A stretch of DNA of 55,217 bases from a virus (taxonomy: Duplodnaviria > Caudoviricetes). The stretch is taken from IMG/VR virus record IMGVR_UViG_3300012943_000008, positions 1 to 55,217 of that record; one strand, given 5' to 3'. The notes below the pieces were generated by a model, which saw only the letters and a program-made list of their open reading frames with translations, had not been told where the DNA came from and ran no database searches. This document shows, one piece after another, positions 30,304-40,092 of the stretch (position 1 is the first letter of the stretch; the number at the start of each line of letters is the position of its first letter). The translations under genes and the position numbers were made by a program.

Positions 30304-31272
30304 GTGAGCGGCGCCGTCACAATACAGAGCGCGCCGGGCGGATTGCCCGGCGATTTGTTGCAGATCGCGCGCAACGGGTCATTCGCGATCGCCCAGCGCT
30401 CCATGCCGACGACCGATAACGCCTATAGTCTCGACGGTTGGCGTCTCCTGCTAGAGAACGCGAACGGCGCCGTAGTCAGCCAGGACACGGCAGACGTGCC
30501 GACCGGCGCCGGATATGCCTGTAAGCTTGTCGTCGGATCGGGCAACAATGGCAAATTCGGCATTTTCTCGCCCATCGAAAACAAGGACATGCTTAAGCTG
30601 CGGGGCGGCGTCTGTTCGCTGCTTGTGCCGCTCAAGTGCACTGCCGGCCTGGTCGACGGCACGGGCAAGATTCGCATGGCGGTCCTCTACTTCACCGGCA
30701 CGGCCGATTCTGTCGCCGGCGATCCTATCTCGAGCTGGGGCGCGGAGGGCACGAACCCCACGCTGGCGACGAACTGGAACTATGCGAGCACCCCGACTGC
30801 GATCTCGGTCACGACTTCCTGGGTGGACTACAAGCTCGAAAACCAGTCGATCCCGAGCAACGCCACAAACATCGCAATTCTCATCTGGAGCGATGACCGG
30901 GCAACAACGACCACCACGGACATCCTGAGAATCGGGGGGAAGGTAACTCTCACCCAAGGCGCGAGTGTTCAGGCACCTATAGTTCTGCCCGTCGCAGACG
31001 AGGCCGAGCGGTGCCGGCGCTTGTATGAGACGCTCACCCTTCGACTGCAGGTGTTCGCGAACGGAGTAGGCAACTTCATGGTGACTCACGGATACCGAAC
31101 GACGAAGCGCGTCGTGCCTACGAAGTCGCTTACAGGGGCATCGTACAACAATGCCTCTGGGGTCGGCGTCACCAGTCCCGATACCGTCGACGGTGTGACA
31201 ATCTACGCTACAGCCGGGGGGGCGGGCGAAGCGGGCTATGCGGTGACGGCTGCCGCGGACGCCGATCTCTAG
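30304..31272 (+). CDS. Fibre-like or carbohydrate-binding virion protein
   Basis: NGSFAIAQR..DGW start and DEAERCRRLYE motif typical of phage fibre tip domains. Confidence 0.6.
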   Translation: MSGAVTIQSAPGGLPGDLLQIARNGSFAIAQRSMPTTDNAYSLDGWRLLLENANGAVVSQDTADVPTGAGYACKLVVGSGNNGKFGIFSPIENKDMLKLRGGVCSLLVPLKCTAGLVDGTGKIRMAVLYFTGTADSVAGDPISSWGAEGTNPTLATNWNYASTPTAISVTTSWVDYKLENQSIPSNATNIAILIWSDDRATTTTTDILRIGGKVTLTQGASVQAPIVLPVADEAERCRRLYETLTLRLQVFANGVGNFMVTHGYRTTKRVVPTKSLTGASYNNASGVGVTSPDTVDGVTIYATAGGAGEAGYAVTAAADADL

Positions 31273-31297
31273 CTCGCACCCAAGGAGCCAACAGCGG

Positions 31298-31474
31298 ATG
31301 ACTGTGCCCGACGATATCAAGAACATGCACCGGGCCCTTGCCCAGCCCGGAAGCATCGTTCGTGCCCTAGCGCTGGTCTTTTTGCAGGAGATCAACGCCC
31401 TGCGGCAAAGGGCCGGTCTTTCGGCATATAGCCCGTCGCAACTGGTCGCGGCGCTCAAGAGCAAAATGCGATGA
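31298..31474 (+). CDS. 58-aa hypothetical protein, not in the ORF track
   Basis: AAGGAG RBS; ATGA overlap with the next gene. Confidence 0.6.
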   Translation: MTVPDDIKNMHRALAQPGSIVRALALVFLQEINALRQRAGLSAYSPSQLVAALKSKMR

Positions 31475-32358
31475 CAACTTACGTTCCCCCGAAGAAGAAC
31501 ACGGCCTTCATCCTCTATCTGTCGCTGCCCAGCTATTCGAATTTGGGCGCAATGCAGAGCAACCCGACGCTCGCCGCTGGGGACGCAAAGGTGTCGATCG
31601 ACGGCGGTGCGCTCGCCAATCTCGCCACGCTCCCATCGGTCACGCCGGCATCTGGCGCAATGGTCAAAGTCTCGCTGAGCTCGAGCGAAATGAACGGCGA
31701 CAACATCACTGTCGTTCTTGCCGATCAGACCTCGCCCAAAGAGTGGTGCGACACCACGATCAACATTCAGACTGCGGTCCAGCAAATCGACGATCTGTCG
31801 TCTCAGGCCAGCGTCAACACGATCGACGATTTCCTCGATACCGAGATCGCGGCGATCAAGGCAAAAACCGACAACCTGCCCGCCGATCCTGCCGATGCGT
31901 CCGACATCGCCGCGCGGTTCGATACCGTCGACTCCGCCCTCACGACGATCGATGGAAACGTCGACGCGATACTGCTCGACACCTCTGAGATCGGCGCTGC
32001 CGGCGCCGGACTGACTGCCCTTGCATCCGCGGCGGCCGTCGCTGATCTGCCGACCAATGCCGAACTCGCAACCGCCCTGGCTGCGGCCGATGATGCCGTG
32101 CTCGCGGCGATCGCGGCCCTCTCGATCCCGACCGCCAACGAAAACGCCGACGCCCTGCTCGACCGGGCCAATGCGATCGAAACCGGCTACACGGTGCGCA
32201 ACGCCCTGCGAATCATGGCGGCCGTTCTCGCCGGCAAGGTGAGCGGCGCCGCGACCGCGACCAACACCTTCCGCGATCTCGCCGACGCCAAGGATCGCGT
32301 GACGTCGACGGTCGACGCCGACGGCAACCGCACGGCCGTTACCCTCGATGGCACTTGA
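31471..32358 (+). CDS. Fibrous virion accessory protein
   Basis: AAIKAKTDNLP repeat and C-terminal LRIMAAVLAGKVSG..D..DAKDRV..VDADGNR motif. Confidence 0.6.
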   Translation: MTTYVPPKKNTAFILYLSLPSYSNLGAMQSNPTLAAGDAKVSIDGGALANLATLPSVTPASGAMVKVSLSSSEMNGDNITVVLADQTSPKEWCDTTINIQTAVQQIDDLSSQASVNTIDDFLDTEIAAIKAKTDNLPADPADASDIAARFDTVDSALTTIDGNVDAILLDTSEIGAAGAGLTALASAAAVADLPTNAELATALAAADDAVLAAIAALSIPTANENADALLDRANAIETGYTVRNALRIMAAVLAGKVSGAATATNTFRDLADAKDRVTSTVDADGNRTAVTLDGT

Positions 32359-32479
32359 TCATTTCTCCGCCCGGCACTTCGGCGCGCGCCATTTTCGCAC
32401 GCTGTTTGAGGCCGCAAGCGCGGCCGCCGCGGCTGCATTCGAATGGCTGATCACCGCTCGACGCCGTGGCTCCCGCTGA
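32348..32479 (+). CDS. 43-aa peptide MALDHFSARHFGARHF..., not in the ORF track
   Basis: Overlaps the upstream stop; triple HF repeat. Confidence 0.45.
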   Translation: MALDHFSARHFGARHFRTLFEAASAAAAAAFEWLITARRRGSR

Positions 32480-32521
32480 GATATCCTCCCCACATATCGG
32501 GAGGCACCTGATCTCAAACCC

Positions 32522-33091
32522 ATGTCGACACGCAAAGCCGCGCGCAAATCCGTCACGCTCAAACGGCGCCCCTCGCCATCTAAGCTCACGCCACAGCAAG
32601 AGAATTTCGCCCGGCACGTCGTCATGGGCTATTCCCAAGCCGAAGCCTATCGGCGCTCCTACAACTGCGACAAGCTCACACAACCTAGCTCAATCTGGAC
32701 CGAAGCCCACAAGACGGCAAAGCTCCATAAGGTCGCCAATAGGATCAATGAACTCAGGCAGTTAGCGGCCGAAGCTGCGGCGATTGATAACGCAACGATG
32801 CTCACCGAAATGGGCTTCAACCGCACAATTGCGCTCGACACCGGCAAGATCAGCGCGGCCGTTGCGAGCTCGCGCGATCGCGCTCGAGTCGCCGGGCTGC
32901 TGGTCGTTGCGAAGAAGCCGTTCCACTTGGATAAACCGGACAATCAGGACGAAGCGGCCGGATTGGTTGAGGCTGTGACCGTGCCCGAAGCCCGGCCGCT
33001 CAACGACATTGCGCGGCGGATCGCGTTCTCGCTGGCGAAGGGGAAGCGGATCAAGAACGCGAACAATGGTGATGCGAACAACGTCGCCTAA
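32522..33091 (+). CDS. terS: Terminase small subunit
   Basis: LTPQQENFARHVVMGYSQAEAYRRSY...VANRINELR; GGAGG RBS. Confidence 0.8.
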   Translation: MSTRKAARKSVTLKRRPSPSKLTPQQENFARHVVMGYSQAEAYRRSYNCDKLTQPSSIWTEAHKTAKLHKVANRINELRQLAAEAAAIDNATMLTEMGFNRTIALDTGKISAAVASSRDRARVAGLLVVAKKPFHLDKPDNQDEAAGLVEAVTVPEARPLNDIARRIAFSLAKGKRIKNANNGDANNVA

Positions 33092-33169
33092 GTGCGAACA
33101 ATAGCGCTTGTGCGCTGCGAACAATTGTGCGCAACGTGTTCGCATTGTTCGCAACCCAGGAGACGCGAA

Positions 33170-33955
33170 TTGACCACCGAACCGATGAAGCTGGAGCCGT
33201 GCCCGTTTTGTGGCAGCGACAACGCGATGATGTTGGGACCAACATGCCGTCCCGAGACGCCGTACAATCCGGCTGACAGGCTATTCCCTATCGTGCGCTG
33301 CGGTTCTTGTTGCGCCGAAGTGTCGGGCAGCAATGAAGACTACCGTGGCAAGTCAGCCATCGAGGCCTGGAATCGCCGCGCCTATCTCGCAGCTACCAAG
33401 CCCCCTCTAGCGGACGTGACGGTGAAGGCGCTGGAGTGGACAAAATACCCGAATAAGTATGCCCCGGATGCGTTCCCCGGCCCCTTCTGGGACGCCTCTA
33501 CGCCGTTCGGTCGCTACAACATTGATCGGCAAGAGCAAGACCCGGAAATCGGAGCGCCGATCACAGGCGAGTACTGGTTCGTTCTGACCTTCAGCGCGCA
33601 ACCTTGCGGCACTCGCGGCTCGCTGGACGAAGCCCAAGCCGCCGCCCAAGCCGACTACGAGCAGCGCATTCAATCCGCCCTCGCTTCCCCGCCTATGCCC
33701 GGAAGGGGAGAGGAGTGGAGCTTCGACCTGACGACCGTGCCGCGCGACCGCGACTTCCTCATTCAATACGACCACGGCGAAGTGACGGTCGGGCACTATC
33801 TCGACAACAGCAAGACCCGTTGGCCGTTTGAAGGCGTTCGGCCCTGCCGCTCAATGCGCCCCGAACGCGCAGGCGGCAAGGGTGAGAAGATCGTCGCTTG
33901 GCGTGACTTCCCTGCCGCCGCATCCCGTCCCAAGGAGGATACCCATGCCAAGTGA
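33170..33955 (+). CDS. Lar-family (restriction alleviation) Zn-finger fusion protein
   Basis: LEPCPFCGS..VRCGSC..AIEAWNRR, followed by VKALEW..AQAAAQADYEQRI domain. Confidence 0.65.
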   Translation: MTTEPMKLEPCPFCGSDNAMMLGPTCRPETPYNPADRLFPIVRCGSCCAEVSGSNEDYRGKSAIEAWNRRAYLAATKPPLADVTVKALEWTKYPNKYAPDAFPGPFWDASTPFGRYNIDRQEQDPEIGAPITGEYWFVLTFSAQPCGTRGSLDEAQAAAQADYEQRIQSALASPPMPGRGEEWSFDLTTVPRDRDFLIQYDHGEVTVGHYLDNSKTRWPFEGVRPCRSMRPERAGGKGEKIVAWRDFPAAASRPKEDTHAK

Positions 33956-34538
33956 GGCAGAGATCGACGCCGCTGCTAAGTTCCTCCGCGAAACGCAACA
34001 AGGCGGCAAGACGCTTACGCCGTGGTCCATGACACCGACCGCCACCAAGAAGAAGTGGCTGGCTCTGGCTCGGGGCGCCCTTTCCGCCGCATCCGCTGTA
34101 CGGAGTGAGGGGGTGAAGGTAAGGGCTTTGGAGTGGAGTGACAACGAAGCCGAGACGCCGTTCGGCCCGATCTATGTCATCCATGACGTTACAGGATTTC
34201 TCGGGGACGCGCGCTATGATCTGTGGCGCAAGTCGAGTGCAGAGGATGACGAAGGCGTCTTTCTCGACGGCGGTTTTGGTGACTGGAGCGCCGCCGCTTC
34301 TGCCGCCAAAGAACATTACACGAATGCTGTTCTAAGCGCAATCACCTCCCCCGTTCAAACCCGAGAAGATGGAATACGGGAGGCGGCGAAGGTGGCGGCG
34401 GATTTCACCTACAGCCACGCTGGCGCCGAAGATGAGAACTCGCTGGTCGGCATGTTCGCGCGGGGCTCTCGCAATGCCAAGCGCAAGATTGAAGCCGCGA
34501 TCCTCGCCCTCCTCTCCCAACCGGAACCGAAGGAATGA
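33945..34538 (+). CDS. Hypothetical mosaic protein (VRALEW domain)
   Basis: AGGAGG RBS; shares the V.ALEW..TPFG domain with the upstream gene. Confidence 0.65.
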   Translation: MPSEAEIDAAAKFLRETQQGGKTLTPWSMTPTATKKKWLALARGALSAASAVRSEGVKVRALEWSDNEAETPFGPIYVIHDVTGFLGDARYDLWRKSSAEDDEGVFLDGGFGDWSAAASAAKEHYTNAVLSAITSPVQTREDGIREAAKVAADFTYSHAGAEDENSLVGMFARGSRNAKRKIEAAILALLSQPEPKE

Positions 34539-34627
34539 CCCGCTTCATCCTGACCGCGCTGCTCGTATTTCTCGCCGCTGTCGGCTGGCTGGCGTGGTCA
34601 GCTAATCCGCAATGGGCGGCGTTCCGA

Positions 34628-34821
34628 TGAGCCGCGAACGCGAATTCGGCTACGTGCTCGAGACGCCCGGCGGGTTCGTCGTGTCGATCGATAGCGAGGG
34701 CGTCGTCATGGTTTCGCTGGCGATGGAGGACGCGATGCGCGTCACGGAGTTTTGGCAACACCACGCCGCGCCCCTTCACGCCCGGCGCATGCGCTATTCC
34801 AAGAACTGGCGCCGGCAATGA
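34628..34821 (+). CDS. Hypothetical protein
   Basis: Tiled small ORF. Confidence 0.45.
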
Positions 34822-35228
34822 CCCTCACCCCGCCTAAGTGCAAAACCTGCGGCAAGGCCGAATGGCGCCATATCTGCGCGGGGCGAGACGATCGACCGTT
34901 CACCACGCCAGCGCTCGAGGCCGCGCAAAAGCGGATCGATCAACACATTGCCGGTTCGTCTAACGGCAGGACCGCGGCCTTTGACGCCGCCAATGTGGGT
35001 TCGAATCCCGCGCCGGCAACCAAGCTCAAACGCGCTCGCAAGGCGCTCAAGGCGGCCGAAACCAAGGCCGCTCCCCTCAAACCCAAGAAGAGGAAACCCC
35101 GCATGGCAAAGGCCGGACGGAAACCCGTTAAGACCGATGAGCGCTCGATCAAGGCGCGCGAACGCATGGCGGCGAAGCGCGCCGCTGAGAAGGCGCCGCC
35201 GAAGCCGAAGAGTGAGGCAAAGCCATAA
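34818..35228 (+). CDS. Basic protein with an N-terminal CxxC..HxC finger; contains the tRNA in frame
   Basis: ATGA coupling, CKTCGKAEWRHIC, Lys/Ala-rich tail, stop abuts the next ATG. Confidence 0.6.
   Translation: MTLTPPKCKTCGKAEWRHICAGRDDRPFTTPALEAAQKRIDQHIAGSSNGRTAAFDAANVGSNPAPATKLKRARKALKAAETKAAPLKPKKRKPRMAKAGRKPVKTDERSIKARERMAAKRAAEKAPPKPKSEAKP
34949..35022 (+). tRNA. tRNA-Gln (UUG) with encoded CCA
   Basis: Acceptor TGCCGGT/GCCGGCA, D arm GTC..GAC with GG, anticodon stem GCGGC-CTTTGAC-GCCGC, T loop TTCGAAT, 3' ACCA. Confidence 0.88.
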
Positions 35229-36326
35229 ATGGGCGTTTTCCCCTCGCAATTCGCGGAAGGCGAACTCGAGCGCCGAATCCGCCGCATAGAGCTCGAGGCG
35301 GCCGTTCAAAACATGGTCGGCCCGATCGTCAATATCCGCGAACTGAGCGATCCCACGCTGTACGGCATGCGCGATCGCTGGCGCCGGGACAATATGCGCC
35401 GCTGGCCGGACGGTGCCGTCCTATGAACCGCCGCGGCTTCCTGCTCGGCGCCTCGGCCTCGCTCGCCATGCCGGCGATCGTGAGGGCAGAGAACATCATG
35501 CCGATATTCGTCCCGAAGCCGGCGGCGCTCTCGATCTTGCCGGACTTCGATCTGATCGTGTGCCCGCCACTGATCGGCGTCGATCTCGGCTCGCTCGAAA
35601 CGGCTGTGGCGGCCGTCGTGCGCAAGATCGGCGACGGATGGATCATCGAACAGTTGCGCCATGCGACCCGCGCCGACTCGGCCGCGATCCGCCGCTGGCG
35701 CTATCACGACCGATCGGTGTAGGTTCGCCCCGGATTTGGAGGCGAACCCCATGACTGCAAACACAACGCCAGCGGGCGCGATCCTGTACCTGCTGGCGGT
35801 CGACGTCGGCGCTCCGCTGCCGATCGAAGAAGTGCTCGAGGCGTGGCTTCTCGAGCAAGAGCTCGTCGAACTCAACGACGCCGGCATCGTCACGCTGAGC
35901 GAGCGCGGCACGATCTGGCGCGACATGATCCTCGAGACGCCGCCGCCGGTCGCCGTCGCGCGCTGGGGCGATCCGCGGCAATTCCCACCGCTGGGCTCAG
36001 TTGTTCAAACCAAGCTCTATTCTGGCGCAAGCGACGCTCCGCCGGCGCCCCAGCACCCGGCACCCGGCGCCGTGTTGCCTGCGCCTGCGCCCGTCCCTGC
36101 CGGCGACGGCTTTGTGATCCCGCCCGGCTTCAATCCCAACCGCTGGCCCAATGAGAAGCCCGGCTTCATGCCGCCCGGCCTCGCTCCAGGCGATGAACTC
36201 ATGGTCCTGTGGCGCGACGGCCGCGCGCGCAAAATGTTCACCGCTTCGATCGTGTGGACTCAGGGCGGCGCGTCGACCGACGTCATGGCGTGGCGCCGGC
36301 TAACCGAAGATGAACTTACGACGTGA
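35229..36326 (+). CDS. Three hypothetical genes (35229-35426; 35423-35722 with Tat-like MNRRGFLLG start; 35751-36326)
   Basis: Tiled ORFs; GGAGG RBS before 35751. Confidence 0.55.
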
Positions 36327-37912
36327 GCGGCGGCACTCAACTCGACGACATTCTCGACTACTACGGCGCGCTCTCCCCCGAAGAGCAAGCGCAACTCGAG
36401 GCCGACGCCGACGAAGCCACGGCCGGCATGGCGTGGGTTCCGAATATCGGGCCGCAAACCGACGCGTTCTTCTGCGAAGCGGATGAACTGTTCTATGGCG
36501 GGCAGGCCGGCGGCGGCAAAACCGATCTGATCTGCGGCCTCGCCCTCACCGAGCATGAACGCTCGCTGATCCTGCGCCGGCAAAACACGGACACCGGCGC
36601 CATTGTCGATCGCTTCGCCGCGATCCTCGGCCATACCAACGGGCTCAACAACTCCAGCCCGAAGACGTGGCGCTTGCCCGGCCGGCTGCTCGAGATTGGC
36701 GGCTGTCTGCTCGAAAAGGACAAACAGAAATACAAGGGGCGGCCGCACGATCTGATCGGCTTCGATGAGGTTTCCGATTTCACCGAGTCGCAATATCGGT
36801 TCATCATCGCCTGGAACCGCACGGTAAAGCCCGGGCAGAAGACTCGCGTCGTTGCCGCCGGCAATCCGCCGACCACGCCCGAAGGGCTATGGGTCATCAA
36901 GTATTGGGGGCCGTGGCTCGATCCCAATCACCCGCGGCCAGCAAAGCCCGGCGAGCTCCGCTGGTTCACCACGATCGACGACAAAGACGTCGAGTGTGAC
37001 GGCCCGGGCATGGTCGAAGTTGCCGGCGAACTGATCCAGCCGAAGAGCCGGACCTTCATCCGCTCGACGCTCCAGGACAATCCCGATCTCGAGGCAACCG
37101 GCTACGACCGCACGCTCGCCGCTCTGCCGGCCGAACTGCGCTCGGCGTACCGCGGCGGCGATTTCGGCAAGGCGATGCCCGACAAGCCGTTCCAGGTGAT
37201 CGCGACCGCGCACATTGAGGCGGCGATGGAACGTTGGTCGCCGGACGGCGGCCTGCACTCGCCCATGACGTGCCTGTCTCACGACGTCGCGCTCGGCGGC
37301 ATGAACGCCGACGGCAATGCCTGGGCGCGCCGACATGGCTTGTGGTTCGACGAGATCATCAAGGAAGTCTCGAAGGTGAAGCTCGACCCGATCGAGCTCG
37401 CGGCGCGCGATATCGAACTCATGCGCAACAATTGCCCGCTCGTCGTCGACATGGGCGGCGGCTATGGCTCGGGCGTCGTCTCGCATTTCAAGCAAAACGT
37501 TGAGGGCGTGAAGGTCTTCGGCCACGATGGCGCGGCCGGATCGTCGAAGCGCACGCGCGACGGCAAGCTCAAGTTCGCGAACAAGCGGGCGGAGGTCTAT
37601 TGGAAATTCCGCGAAGCCCTCGAGCCCGGACTCGGCGTCCCGATCGCGCTCCCGCCCGATCCTGAGTTGAAGGCCGATCTCGCGGCCATGACTTGGAAGC
37701 TCACGTCGCGCGGGATCGTCATGGTGAGCAAGCCCGATCTCGCAAAGCTGCTCGGCCGATCGCCGGACAAAGGCGATTGTGTAGTGAACGCTTGGGCCTA
37801 TGGCGAGACGCCGGTCGAAACCGCGTTCCGGATGCAGAGCTATCGGCCGGCCGGCGGCACGCCCCGCGTGAACCTCGGACACGCCAGCATGAAGGCTCGG
37901 CGGCGGCGCTGA
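36323..37912 (+). CDS. terL: Terminase large subunit
   Basis: Walker A YGGQAGGGKT, Walker B LIGFDEV, AGNPP, nuclease residues HDVA/VVDMGG/SPDKGD. Confidence 0.93.
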   Translation: MSGGTQLDDILDYYGALSPEEQAQLEADADEATAGMAWVPNIGPQTDAFFCEADELFYGGQAGGGKTDLICGLALTEHERSLILRRQNTDTGAIVDRFAAILGHTNGLNNSSPKTWRLPGRLLEIGGCLLEKDKQKYKGRPHDLIGFDEVSDFTESQYRFIIAWNRTVKPGQKTRVVAAGNPPTTPEGLWVIKYWGPWLDPNHPRPAKPGELRWFTTIDDKDVECDGPGMVEVAGELIQPKSRTFIRSTLQDNPDLEATGYDRTLAALPAELRSAYRGGDFGKAMPDKPFQVIATAHIEAAMERWSPDGGLHSPMTCLSHDVALGGMNADGNAWARRHGLWFDEIIKEVSKVKLDPIELAARDIELMRNNCPLVVDMGGGYGSGVVSHFKQNVEGVKVFGHDGAAGSSKRTRDGKLKFANKRAEVYWKFREALEPGLGVPIALPPDPELKADLAAMTWKLTSRGIVMVSKPDLAKLLGRSPDKGDCVVNAWAYGETPVETAFRMQSYRPAGGTPRVNLGHASMKARRRR

Positions 37913-38029
37913 CCTATTTGCCGGCATCGGCAATAAGGTTCGAGCGCCCGCGCCCCTTCCGCTTCCCCGCGATCTCCGATATTGCTCACGTCGTGGCGGA
38001 GGCAACCCCACAACTTGCGAGGGTTTCCG

Positions 38030-38374
38030 ATGGGGGGTCTTTTCGGCGGCGGCACACCGGAACCGGAAAATCCAGGGGGCGGCGCTCCGCCGGCAAGCGG
38101 CACCCCCGACACGTCCACAACCACGACGACGACTTCGGTGCTACCCCAAGGCGGGCAGATTGGTGGCGTGAAGGCCGCCGATGCCGGCGGTCGGAAGCTG
38201 TCCTCGGGCGGCTTCCCCGACGATGGCGCCAGGCGTATGCCGTCGGCGTCCGATCGTGTGGCGGCCGAAGCGGCGCGTCTCGCCCGCCTCAAAAAGCAGG
38301 GCTCGGGCCGTGTCTCGACCAACCTGTCGGGCACGCGCTCCTATGTGAACACGTTCCTCGGAAACACCGCCTAA
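38030..38374 (+). CDS. Small pre-portal virion protein
   Basis: MGGLFGG start and GRVST.L motif; lies between TerL and portal. Confidence 0.6.
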   Translation: MGGLFGGGTPEPENPGGGAPPASGTPDTSTTTTTTSVLPQGGQIGGVKAADAGGRKLSSGGFPDDGARRMPSASDRVAAEAARLARLKKQGSGRVSTNLSGTRSYVNTFLGNTA

Positions 38375-40030
38375 ATGGCCGATAGCCGCTGCGAAGAGCT
38401 CCTGCGTATCTCGGGCACCGCGTTCGAGAAGTTCCGGCCCTGGTATCAACTAAATCAGGATATCGCCGAAAACTTCTACCCGATGCGCGCCGACTTCACG
38501 ACGTCGCTCAACCTGCAAAACTTCGCCGGCGACTCGATGGATTCCTCGCCATTCCAGGCGCGCGAAACGCTGGGCAATTCGATCGACGCCATGCTGCGGC
38601 AAGGCCAATGGTTCCGCATGGGCACGGGCGACGCCGATCTCGACAAGCGGCCGGCGAACCTCGTCGCCCTCACCCGCGGGACAACGGCGCTCACGTCGAT
38701 CGTCTATCACCGCGATTCGGGCGTGACGGGCGCGCTCAAAGAGCTCGACATGGATTGGGTCGCGTTCGGCGCCAACGTGATGAGCGTCGAAGCCTCGAGC
38801 GCCCTGCAAAATCTCGTCTATAAGCCGTGGCATCTGCGCGACAACGCATGGATCGTCAACAAAGACGGCGTGATCGACTGGAACAATCGCAACCTGCGAA
38901 TGTCGGCGCGCGATATCAAAAAGAAGTTCGATCAGGGCGAGTGGACGGGCACGATGGCGCCGGCGATCCGCGACGCGGCCCAGCGCGACCCGCTCAAGGA
39001 ATTTCTGATCCGCCATATCCTCATGCCGTCCGATGAGATTTACGGCTCGTCGCAAAAGGACATGAAGCGCCTGGGCGGCAAGCCCTACGTCTCGATCTAC
39101 ATCGACGTCGAGAATCGCACCTATCTCAACGATCGCGGATCGGCCGTCTTCAACTACGTGATCGGCCGCAACCGCACGCTGAGCGGCCTGCCGTTCGGCT
39201 TCTCGCCGATGGCGCTCAACTCGATCGCCGACGCGCGCATGCTGCAAGAGCTCTCGCTTGTGATCCTCGAGCAAGGGCAGAAGGCGGTCGACCCGCCGAC
39301 GATCGGCGCCGGCCACGTCTTCACCCGCGATATCAACCTGTTCGCCGGCGGGCACACCGAAGTCGATCTCCCCGACGAAGCCAGCCTCAAAGACGTGTTC
39401 GCCACGGTCGAAACCGGGCAAGTTGGTGTCGGCCTCGAGATCAAGCAGGACACCCGCAACCTGATCGCCGAAGCGTGGCTGCTCAACAAGCTGATGCTCC
39501 CGACGCTGCGCGACATGCGCGAGGTCGAGGTCATGGTCCGCACCGATGAATTCCGGCGCGCGGCCCTGCCGTTCTTCCAGCCGATCGAGTCGAACTATCA
39601 CGGCGAATTCCTCGGCGTGTCCTATGACATGGCCGTGCATCTGCGCATGATGCGCCCGGATATGTTCACCGCGGAACTCCGGGGCAAAGGCGTGAACTTC
39701 ACCTTCACGTCGCCGCTCAATGAGGCGGAAGGCACCGAGATCGTGCGCCAGTATTACGAAGCGGTGAACATCGTCGCGGCGGGCGCCAAGGTCGATCAGA
39801 CGATCGCCAACCTCTTCGATATCCGCAAGGCAACCGAAGACGCGATCACCCGCGGCACGCGCTCCGACTGGCTCGTGCCGGAGGAACAGCGCAAAGAGGC
39901 CGACAAGCAGGCCGACGTCGTGTCGGGTCTTACCCAGGCCGCACAGATTGGTCGCGAAGCCGCCGGCGTCACCGCGGACATGGCGAACGCGTCGCTCGCC
40001 GCTCAACAGGCGGGGCTTGCTCCCGCCTGA
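38375..40030 (+). CDS. Portal (head-tail connector)
   Basis: 551 aa, FYPMRADF, FGFSPM, KAVDPP, FTSPL motifs; genomic position. Confidence 0.88.
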   Translation: MADSRCEELLRISGTAFEKFRPWYQLNQDIAENFYPMRADFTTSLNLQNFAGDSMDSSPFQARETLGNSIDAMLRQGQWFRMGTGDADLDKRPANLVALTRGTTALTSIVYHRDSGVTGALKELDMDWVAFGANVMSVEASSALQNLVYKPWHLRDNAWIVNKDGVIDWNNRNLRMSARDIKKKFDQGEWTGTMAPAIRDAAQRDPLKEFLIRHILMPSDEIYGSSQKDMKRLGGKPYVSIYIDVENRTYLNDRGSAVFNYVIGRNRTLSGLPFGFSPMALNSIADARMLQELSLVILEQGQKAVDPPTIGAGHVFTRDINLFAGGHTEVDLPDEASLKDVFATVETGQVGVGLEIKQDTRNLIAEAWLLNKLMLPTLRDMREVEVMVRTDEFRRAALPFFQPIESNYHGEFLGVSYDMAVHLRMMRPDMFTAELRGKGVNFTFTSPLNEAEGTEIVRQYYEAVNIVAAGAKVDQTIANLFDIRKATEDAITRGTRSDWLVPEEQRKEADKQADVVSGLTQAAQIGREAAGVTADMANASLAAQQAGLAPA

Positions 40031-40092
40031 TATCGGTGATCCTCTCGCCGGCGCCCGCGATAATGTTCGCAGGCTCAATTGAGAGGCAACCC

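Noticed and set aside
33059-33153. Alphaproteobacterial LexA box (GTTC-N7-GTTC)
   Set aside because: The observed spacings are 2, 5, 11 or more, never 7
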